From positions 1 through 64,000 of the IMG/VR virus record IMGVR_UViG_3300046535_000869: DNA of 64,000 nucleotides, one strand, 5' to 3'. Numbering within the stretch: the first letter of the stretch is position 1; each line of letters opens with the position of its first letter. The notes under the pieces are model-generated. The model saw only the letters and a list, made by a program, of their open reading frames with translations. It did no database searches and was not told the origin of the DNA. The stretch is from a virus. Positions 29,005 through 35,766 of this stretch are shown piece by piece. A program made the position numbers and the translations under genes.

Positions 29005-29032
29005 AGAGAAGGCCGACCACCAGGTCAGCCTT
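29005..29032 (-). terminator. Hairpin after the major capsid gene
   Basis: AAGGCTGACC-TGGT-GGTCGGCCTT followed by CTCTCAAC. Confidence 0.5.
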
Positions 29033-29049
29033 CCCTTGGTGTCACGCTC

Positions 29050-30270
29050 TTACTGCGCCCACTTCACGCCGGTCAGGTGCGCGATGGCCTCACGGTGCTG
29101 CGGAACCAGGTCGACCTCGTTGATCACGCGAAGCGCCGAGGCGTTCCGCTGATAAAGCGAGAAGACCGAGCCGTCCGACTGGACGATGGTTCCCTGGTCC
29201 GTCATGTCCACCTGAATCTGTGCGCCCTGGCCGAGCATCAGCTCGTCGCCGTCGTACAGGAAGATCAGGGACTCGTCCGCCCCGGTGCCGAGCGTGCTCG
29301 GAATCTGGGTTGACGAATCGAACGGGAAGCCCCACAGGGTTCCCTTGGACATCTCCGGTGCGAACACCTGGTTGCCGTTGCCGTCGCGCGCGGTGAACAG
29401 ATAGATCTTCGTGCGCGGTGACATCGCCCAGGCCCCGCCCGTCATCGGGACGTTGCCGTTCTCCATCGCGAGGAGCAGCCGACCCAGGTCGCCGGTCACT
29501 TCGGCCAGCTTCTGTGCGTCGGTCCCGGTGAAGGTCGTCGAGGCCAGGCGGTTCGCCGATGGCGTCCAGTACTGGAGGCCCTTCGGACGGTGCGCCGAAC
29601 CCGGCGACGTCAGGAACACGGAGTCCTCGCCGATGGCCAGCGCGCGCAGCGTGCTGTTGCGAACGATCTGCGCGACGCGCGGCCCGCCCCGACGGAGGAA
29701 CGTGTTGGAGAACGGCACGAGCGCCTTCTCCTGGTGCGCGCGCATGATGATCTGGTCGGTGCTGGGCTGAGAATCGCGAATCTCCTCAACCTCTCCGCCC
29801 CAGCTCACCGCCGCGTCAGCCGTGACGCGCGGCATGTCGACCTGTCCGGCCGAGATGTCGATGGTCGCCTTCACGCGCCGACGGACAACCGTCATGGGTG
29901 CGAGAAGGTCAATCACCTGTTGGCTCTGCTCCGGCGCGAAGAACACGCCGCCAGCGTCCGCGACGCCCGACTCCAGGGCCTTCGTCACGAAGTCCTTCTG
30001 GTTGTCGGGAATCATCGACCCGGCCTTCTTCACGTTGTCGATGGCGATGTCCTTGCTGCCCTTCGCGCCCTGGAGCGCGATGGCGATGTAGCCGAGCATC
30101 AGCCCGCGCTGTTCGGCTTCGTAGGCGCGGTCGACTTCGTTCCCGGCGAGCTGTGCGGCCTTCTCGGACACGCCCAGGTCCGCCCGGCGCTCGTGCATCG
30201 TCTTGAGCGCTTCGGCGACGACCTCGCCTGCGGTGTTGCGTACGAGATCTGTCAATTCCTTCGTGTTCAT
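29050..30270 (-). CDS. Major capsid protein (HK97 fold)
   Basis: AGGVFFAPE...WAMSPRT...ARDGNG...TLWGFP; follows the prohead protease. Confidence 0.93.
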   Translation of the reverse strand: MNTKELTDLVRNTAGEVVAEALKTMHERRADLGVSEKAAQLAGNEVDRAYEAEQRGLMLGYIAIALQGAKGSKDIAIDNVKKAGSMIPDNQKDFVTKALESGVADAGGVFFAPEQSQQVIDLLAPMTVVRRRVKATIDISAGQVDMPRVTADAAVSWGGEVEEIRDSQPSTDQIIMRAHQEKALVPFSNTFLRRGGPRVAQIVRNSTLRALAIGEDSVFLTSPGSAHRPKGLQYWTPSANRLASTTFTGTDAQKLAEVTGDLGRLLLAMENGNVPMTGGAWAMSPRTKIYLFTARDGNGNQVFAPEMSKGTLWGFPFDSSTQIPSTLGTGADESLIFLYDGDELMLGQGAQIQVDMTDQGTIVQSDGSVFSLYQRNASALRVINEVDLVPQHREAIAHLTGVKWAQ

Positions 30271-30400
30271 GGCTCCTGCCTCCCTCGTGGCTGCTGCCGC
30301 GCCGTCTCCCGGCGATCTCCGGTTAACGGCTTCTCCTCGTGGCCAGACGGAGTGTCTGGTTCGGCGCGGTCGAGCGCCTCAGCCACGAAGTAGTTCCTGC

Positions 30401-33400
30401 CTAGTCGACTCGTCCGGTGACGAGCATGAGCTGTTCGCTGATCGCCGCCTTCAGCGCCGACCGAATCAGGTCGGGCGAGATGGCTAGATCAATGTCCTTC
30501 TCTTCGTCGAGCACTAGAACCTGCTCGTTGTCGTCCAGCGCGCGCCCCATCGTGATGGGTAGCGGGTCGGCCGGGCCGTCCGTGGCTGGCGGAATCACTT
30601 CCGCTGGCGCTTCGGTTGCGGTTTGTAGTGTCGCCAGCACTTCGTCGAGGAGCGCCGTCGCATTGCGAATGCGCTGCTCGTTGGCAGACGACAAGACCCG
30701 GCCAGCCTTCAGCACTTGGACCGCCTCGTCCAGGTCGGCGAGCGCGACCGAAATGGCCGCTTTCGTCTCCGTGGTCGCCCGACGGTCGCCAGCGCAGAGT
30801 GACAACGTCCGGTGCTTCAACATCAGCGAAGCCTCGGTATGAGATTTGCCTTGCGGTCCGAACCGCTTGGAGACCCAGCTCGCCGCGCGATAGCGGGAAC
30901 CGGTCGCCTGGACCGACGTGATGAGGTCCCGCTGGTCGGCCAGCTTCGTCAGGGCCGCGTCGAGCGCCGCCGTCAGCGCCAGGCCGTCCTGCTCCTGGAT
31001 GATGCTCGCGAAGCGGCACAGCTCCCGGACATGCGCGCCGGAGTAGCCAGCCGTGGCGTCGACCGCCTTGATGGTGTCGACCGCGTCGAGGCCCGGTAGC
31101 CAGCGCGCCAGCATCTGCTTGCGTGCGACGTCATCCGGGAGGTCGAACTTCAGGACATCGTGGAACCGGCCCGGCCGGTCAATCAGCGCCTTCGGGAGCA
31201 GCTCCGGGTAGTTCGTGGTCAGGATGGTGACGACGCCCTTGGTCTGGCGAATGCCGTCCATCTCGGACTTGAGCATGTCGACCGTGTAGCCATCCAGCCA
31301 GTTGTCCACGTCCTCGACGAAGATGATGCTTGGAGCCAGCTCCCGCGCCATCTCGAAGGCGTGTACCATCCCGCCGAACGCGCCCATCCGGGCGAAGTCC
31401 CTGGCCGCGACCCAGATGAACGTCGACTTGGAGTTGTTCAGGAGCAGCCGACCGGTCAGGGTCTTCCCGGTTCCGGGAGGCCCGACCACCATTAGCCCGC
31501 GATTGTCGAAGTCCGCGCCCTTCTCTTCGATGAGCGTCGCGACACGCTTGATGGCCTTGGCGTTCTCCGGCGCGAGGAAGACCTCGTCGAAGCCCTCCGA
31601 GCCGCGCTCCAGGAACTCGCCAGAGATGTTGAACGCCTCGCCCTTGAGGTACTTGAGGCCAGCCGCGCGCTCCTGTACGTCCGAAACGAACCGTTCCATC
31701 GCGCCCTTCTTGTCGCGCTCGATGTAGGTCGTCACGTCCAGGCCGTACCAGGCAGGCGTCACGCGGAGGCACATCTTGATGCCGTGGAACTCCTCGTGCT
31801 CCCAGGTCAGGAAGCGCATCCCGTCGACCAGGAAGTCCTGCTCGATCTTGGAGTTGAGGCGAATCATCTCCCACGTCGGCGGAACTTCCTTGCCGTCCCA
31901 GTCGGTGTTGCGAATGTCCTCGACGTCGCAATCGACGAGCTGCTCGTCCAGCGACTTCAGGAAGCTGCCCATGCGGGCCGAGGCAACCTGGAAGCGGGAC
32001 TCGCTCAGAGCCTTCACGTCGCAGTCGATGAACCGCGCCGCCAGGGCCTGCTCGATGTCGCCCGCCGGAATCTGCTCGCGGGTCACGTCGAACGCTTTAC
32101 TCAGGCTCTTGTTCCAGCGGACCGGGTCCACGTCCTCGACACGCGCGAAGACCTTGGCTACCCGATCTTCGGCAGACTCTATTGAGGCTGCGCCAGGACC
32201 GGCGTTGATGGCGTCGGAGTCGTCCAGGATGCTCTGCGCGCTGGACGCGATGACCGCGACCTGCTCGGCGATGGTCTGGCAGACGCTCAGGACGCCGTTC
32301 ATCACGCGGTTCTCGTTGGCTTCCTCGGCGTCCTCGGCCGGGTTCGGCGTCGGCTCAACCTGCTCGACCGCCAGGAGGCCAGCGACATCAGACGCCGCCT
32401 GCTCCAGCACGTCCGAGGCGTCGCTGAGCATGGAGGCCATCGTCTGGAAGGCCGCGCGCTCCTCGGCGTCGTCGGCGTCGTCCGGGACCGGCGTCGGCCC
32501 GACCGGCGACATTGGCACGACACCAGCCGCCGCGCTGACGTCCAGCGGGCTGTCCTTGGCCTCGACGACGACCGGCTCGATGACCGGCTCGGCAGACGCC
32601 TCGATGGCGATGGGCTGGCCGTCCAGGAGGATCTGCTCGTCCAGCTCGTCCGTCACGCGCGCGTGAGTTTCCGGGAGCGCCTCGGCCGTTGCCTTGGCCT
32701 CCGGGATTGTTTCACGTGGAACACTGGTCTTGGCGACCTTCAGCTCGGACAGGACCGAGAAGACCTTCCGGCCGGTCGGGTCCGCCTGCGCGCGAAGGGT
32801 CTCGACCTGCTTCCGGGTCAGAATCGACTCGCCGCGCTTCATCAGGTCCAGGGTCTTCTCGGCCCAGGCTTTCAATGGCGCGACGTCGATGCCCTTGGAC
32901 CGGGCGATGACCAGCGCCTCTGGATGGGCTGGAACCGGGCAGATCGAATGTTCGAGCAGGCCCTGCTTCAGGAAGTTGACGCCCGTCTCGGACATCTCCC
33001 ACTCGGTCGGGAGGAACCCGACGGAGCAGGCGTTCAGGAAGCCGCCCTGGATCATGCGGTACACGGTGTCCGCGAACGGGTACACATCCGGCCCGATGAA
33101 CTGGTCGGTCGCCCGGAGCATGGAGCCGTCGTTGATCGTCTCCAGCGCGCGGCCGACTGGCAGCGCGCCGTGGTCGTGCGCCCAGAGGACGACCGGGTTG
33201 GTCTTGTAGTCCTTGAGGTCCCAGCCCTTCACGGCCAGGCTGTCGCCCTCCCGGTCCAGGTTGGCGTTCGACAGGACGAACGGAATCGTCCGGCTCTCCG
33301 GGTCCGCCTTCATGGCCGACAGGTCGACCAGGCCAGACTTGAAGACCACGTACGGTGCGAGGTCGTCGCCCGATGCGCCCTTCTTGACCAGGGCCTTCCA

Positions 33401-33430
33401 GTCAGCAGCCGTGATGAGCGTGCGGTCCAT
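30401..33430 (-). CDS. HK97-type prohead protease fused to an AAA+ ATPase and scaffold-like tail
   Basis: DREGD, NPVVLWAHDH, ACSVGF, LLEHSICPVPAHPEA; GPPGTGKT, IIFVEDVD, TTNYPE, DRPGRF; C-terminal KAGRVLSSANE. Confidence 0.9.
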   Translation of the reverse strand: MDRTLITAADWKALVKKGASGDDLAPYVVFKSGLVDLSAMKADPESRTIPFVLSNANLDREGDSLAVKGWDLKDYKTNPVVLWAHDHGALPVGRALETINDGSMLRATDQFIGPDVYPFADTVYRMIQGGFLNACSVGFLPTEWEMSETGVNFLKQGLLEHSICPVPAHPEALVIARSKGIDVAPLKAWAEKTLDLMKRGESILTRKQVETLRAQADPTGRKVFSVLSELKVAKTSVPRETIPEAKATAEALPETHARVTDELDEQILLDGQPIAIEASAEPVIEPVVVEAKDSPLDVSAAAGVVPMSPVGPTPVPDDADDAEERAAFQTMASMLSDASDVLEQAASDVAGLLAVEQVEPTPNPAEDAEEANENRVMNGVLSVCQTIAEQVAVIASSAQSILDDSDAINAGPGAASIESAEDRVAKVFARVEDVDPVRWNKSLSKAFDVTREQIPAGDIEQALAARFIDCDVKALSESRFQVASARMGSFLKSLDEQLVDCDVEDIRNTDWDGKEVPPTWEMIRLNSKIEQDFLVDGMRFLTWEHEEFHGIKMCLRVTPAWYGLDVTTYIERDKKGAMERFVSDVQERAAGLKYLKGEAFNISGEFLERGSEGFDEVFLAPENAKAIKRVATLIEEKGADFDNRGLMVVGPPGTGKTLTGRLLLNNSKSTFIWVAARDFARMGAFGGMVHAFEMARELAPSIIFVEDVDNWLDGYTVDMLKSEMDGIRQTKGVVTILTTNYPELLPKALIDRPGRFHDVLKFDLPDDVARKQMLARWLPGLDAVDTIKAVDATAGYSGAHVRELCRFASIIQEQDGLALTAALDAALTKLADQRDLITSVQATGSRYRAASWVSKRFGPQGKSHTEASLMLKHRTLSLCAGDRRATTETKAAISVALADLDEAVQVLKAGRVLSSANEQRIRNATALLDEVLATLQTATEAPAEVIPPATDGPADPLPITMGRALDDNEQVLVLDEEKDIDLAISPDLIRSALKAAISEQLMLVTGRVD

Positions 33431-33496
33431 ATTTGGCAGATGCTCCTGGGTGTCCAGACGGAGACACGTTGAGTCTGCCAAGAGTTTTACGGACGC

Positions 33497-33540
33497 GCTA
33501 GGGGGTAAGGTCTGGAGGACGCGAACTTCCCGAACTTCGC
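33497..33540 (-). promoter_or_regulatory. Conserved 44-bp element upstream of the protease gene (copy A)
   Basis: 37/44 identical to 52206..52249; contains GAAGTTCG direct repeats 10 bp apart. Confidence 0.65.
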
Positions 33541-33586
33541 GGAGGGACGGCCAGATCCTTGCTAGGGACCTGGCACGGCAGGCGGA

Positions 33587-33697
33587 TTAGCGGTCGGCTT
33601 CCAGGCTGGCCTCGTCCAGGGAGTCGGTGGTCAGGACGACCTCGAACTTGTGACCGGCCCGCTTCCAGGCGGTCGAGTTACTGGTTGCTGTCGCCAC
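33587..33697 (-). CDS. Possible 36-aa peptide
   Basis: GTG-start ORF overlapping the upstream gene end; no motif. Confidence 0.3.
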   Translation of the reverse strand: MATATSNSTAWKRAGHKFEVVLTTDSLDEASLEADR

Positions 33698-33821
33698 GCT
33701 TCAGTAGTTCCGGGCAATCCTTGATCGTGTGTAGCTCTGACCCGCAGTAGGAGCACCGCCGGACGCGTCGCCCCTGTTTCCGCTCGATTGACTCCCAGTC
33801 AGCCTTCGTGGTCTCAGCCAT
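33678..33821 (-). CDS. 47-aa CCHC zinc-knuckle protein
   Basis: GGAGG RBS; CSYCGSELHTIKDC = C-x2-C-x4-H-x4-C; absent from the ORF track. Confidence 0.7.
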   Translation of the reverse strand: MAETTKADWESIERKQGRRVRRCSYCGSELHTIKDCPELLKRGDSNQ

Positions 33822-33915
33822 GTCGACCTCCTACCTGGCCGTCATCCCGCGTGAGGCGAATCGGCTCGCCCGCGTCGGTGACGAAGCCGTGCTTGCCTTC
33901 GTAGACCAGGGTCAT
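33814..33915 (-). CDS. Hypothetical 33-aa protein
   Basis: ATGA-coupled to the upstream gene. Confidence 0.4.
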   Translation of the reverse strand: MTLVYEGKHGFVTDAGEPIRLTRDDGQVGGRHG

Positions 33916-34214
33916 TGGCATGGGTGACACCATTCGCAGTGCTCGCTGCACTTGATAACTTCCTCCTCGGCGAGCGTGTCGGCCGCGCACTTCCAGAGGC
34001 CGTCGCTGACAGTCCCAGCGTTCGCGATGACGTGCTCGTGGAGGTCTGACTTCGCGAAGATGTAGCCGGTCGGAGCCTGGAGCAGCAGCTCGAACCATGA
34101 GCCGTCCTCGCGGACCTCGATGGTGACGTTCAGCTCGGCCGCGCGCCGCCGAGCGATCTTCCGAGCCGCCTGACCGGCCTGGCGTTCTGAGACTGAGGAG
34201 TAGAAGGCGCTCAT
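33912..34214 (-). CDS. Hypothetical protein with C-terminal Cys cluster
   Basis: ATGA coupling; ends CSEHCEWCHPCQ. Confidence 0.65.
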   Translation of the reverse strand: MSAFYSSVSERQAGQAARKIARRRAAELNVTIEVREDGSWFELLLQAPTGYIFAKSDLHEHVIANAGTVSDGLWKCAADTLAEEEVIKCSEHCEWCHPCQ

Positions 34215-34606
34215 CGGCAGAACTCCATGCCGAGGAAGCGCTGGCTGGCGTCGTTCCGGTTGTCCTGGTACTGCGTGCCGACCGCGACCACCTTGCCCTC
34301 GGAGATGACCACGTAGAGGTTCCGGTCCAGCTCGCGGTTGTTGCCGGAGCCGACGTAGACGTAGACGTCCAGGGTCGCGATGCCGGGCATCCCAGGAACC
34401 TCGCCGATGACCTTGGTGTCGGCCAGCCGGTTGAGGTCGCCCAGGTCCGCGCCGGGAACCCAGAGTAGGGCGTTGGCCGACCAGGAGCCGGTCGCCGTTT
34501 CGCGCACGCCGATCTCGCAGACCGCCGAGCCGCCGACCGCTTCCCGCGCCGCCGCGTTGATTGCCTTCCGCATCGCGCTCGTCATCTTCATCATCACCGC
34601 CTCCAT
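34211..34606 (-). CDS. Hypothetical protein
   Basis: 131-aa ORF downstream of promoter repeat copy 1. Confidence 0.7.
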   Translation of the reverse strand: MEAVMMKMTSAMRKAINAAAREAVGGSAVCEIGVRETATGSWSANALLWVPGADLGDLNRLADTKVIGEVPGMPGIATLDVYVYVGSGNNRELDRNLYVVISEGKVVAVGTQYQDNRNDASQRFLGMEFCR

Positions 34607-34616
34607 ATCCCTTAGA

Positions 34617-34675
34617 TTAGCATATCAATAGGCCAGGCCGTCAAGTCTATTCGACGGCCCAGGCCAGATTTATTT
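34617..34675 (-). promoter_or_regulatory. Repeated hairpin-promoter element, copy 1
   Basis: TTGACG...TGC-TAATCT with ATG 7 nt downstream; inverted repeat GGCCGTC/GACGGCC around AAGTCTATTC. Confidence 0.7.
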
Positions 34676-34954
34676 GAGGCCCGCCAGGGCCTCCCGGCCA
34701 GCCTCGGTGATGGCTAGGTCCGGCGTCGTGTGGCCGCTGAGCCAGATATGCTCGGCGGAGATGAGGCCAGCCTGGAGCAGGTTGCCCAAGGTCTGGGTGT
34801 TCAGGCCGGTCTCGATGATGGCCGGGACCACGAAGGTCCGGCGCGTCTGGCGCGACCGGCCGGTCCGGCTTGGCGTCACCTGGAAGGGTTCCATCGAGGC
34901 CAGGGTCCGAAGGGCGTTGGCTTGCTGCGCGGTCAATGTCGTCGTCGTCATCAT
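34670..34954 (-). CDS. Small winged-helix-like protein
   Basis: LTAQQANALRTL...TLGNLLQAGLI...AITEAGREAL. Confidence 0.65.
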   Translation of the reverse strand: MMTTTTLTAQQANALRTLASMEPFQVTPSRTGRSRQTRRTFVVPAIIETGLNTQTLGNLLQAGLISAEHIWLSGHTTPDLAITEAGREALAGLK

Positions 34955-34964
34955 GGGACCTACT

Positions 34965-35022
34965 TTAGCATATCAATGACCGGGCCTGTCAAATCTATTC
35001 GACAGACCCGGTCGATTTATTT
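34965..35022 (-). promoter_or_regulatory. Repeated hairpin-promoter element, copy 2
   Basis: TTGACA...TGC-TAAAGT with ATG 7 nt downstream; inverted repeat GACCGGG.CTGTC/GACAG.CCCGGTC around AAATCTATTC. Confidence 0.7.
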
Positions 35023-35427
35023 TCAGAACAGGATGTCCTGGCTACCGGCCAGGTTCGCCTCCTCCTTCGCCTCGTACTCCTCGACCGCCAGGTGAGCCGC
35101 TTCCTTCGCCGCCCAGTAGGCGTCCTCGTCGAGCTGGGCCTGGAAGACCTCGGCCTCGTAGCGCTCGCGCTCTTGGGCCTCGGTCCAGGTCGACGGGTCG
35201 TCGTGCTCCGGGAGGCACTCGACCGGCTCGATGACCTCGACTACGTTCCAGAGGCCGGAGCGCGAGGTCACCTGGTATTCGAGGCGGACCTCGTCGCCGA
35301 CGACCGCGCCGGACATCTGGCCCTTGACGAGGTTGAGGGTCGCCAGGTGGGCTGGCGCGTTGGGGCAGACCACCACGAAGTAGCGCCCGTCGAAGTTTGT
35401 CACGGTCCCGAACATGGTCTTGGTCAT
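35023..35427 (-). CDS. OB-fold-like protein with acidic tail ending DILF
   Basis: AGGAG RBS; GTVTNFDG...VGDEVRLEY; Glu-rich C-terminus. Confidence 0.7.
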   Translation of the reverse strand: MTKTMFGTVTNFDGRYFVVVCPNAPAHLATLNLVKGQMSGAVVGDEVRLEYQVTSRSGLWNVVEVIEPVECLPEHDDPSTWTEAQERERYEAEVFQAQLDEDAYWAAKEAAHLAVEEYEAKEEANLAGSQDILF

Positions 35428-35449
35428 CGTCGTCTCCTGGAAGCTGCGG

Positions 35450-35674
35450 TTAGTAGCGCGCGTAGCCGTCGGGGTTGCCCTCGTCGAGGTCGCCGCCTTC
35501 GAGCGCGTCCTCGTCATCGTCCTCGTCGGCGACTTCGTAGGAGGACCCGCCGAACCCGTCCGGGTTGCCCTCGTCCAGGTCGCCGCCTTCGAGCACGATG
35601 TCGTTGAGGTCGAGGCCGTCGAGGTCGCTGTCGAGGCTGAAGTCGTTGTTGAGGTCCTGAATCGTCATCGCCAT
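35450..35674 (-). CDS. Highly acidic 74-aa protein with duplicated LEGGDLDEGNPDG motif
   Basis: AAGGAG RBS; 25 D/E, one R, no K; 39-bp direct repeat whose two differences are synonymous. Confidence 0.75.
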   Translation of the reverse strand: MAMTIQDLNNDFSLDSDLDGLDLNDIVLEGGDLDEGNPDGFGGSSYEVADEDDDEDALEGGDLDEGNPDGYARY

Positions 35675-35707
35675 CTCCTTTGTCAGTCACCATCGACTAA
35701 CAAGACG

Positions 35708-35736
35708 ATGATATGCTCAACGAATGAGCATGTCAA
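35708..35736 (-). promoter_or_regulatory. sigma70-type promoter with palindromic operator in the spacer
   Basis: TTGACA-17bp-TATCAT; ATGCTCA-N5-TGAGCAT at 35713..35731. Confidence 0.8.
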
Positions 35737-35766
35737 CAACTATCTTGGGGTCCGCGAAAGATTCTT

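Noticed and set aside
33571-33590. TGGCAC as a sigma54 promoter
   Set aside because: No TTGC at the required spacing, and it is on the non-coding strand
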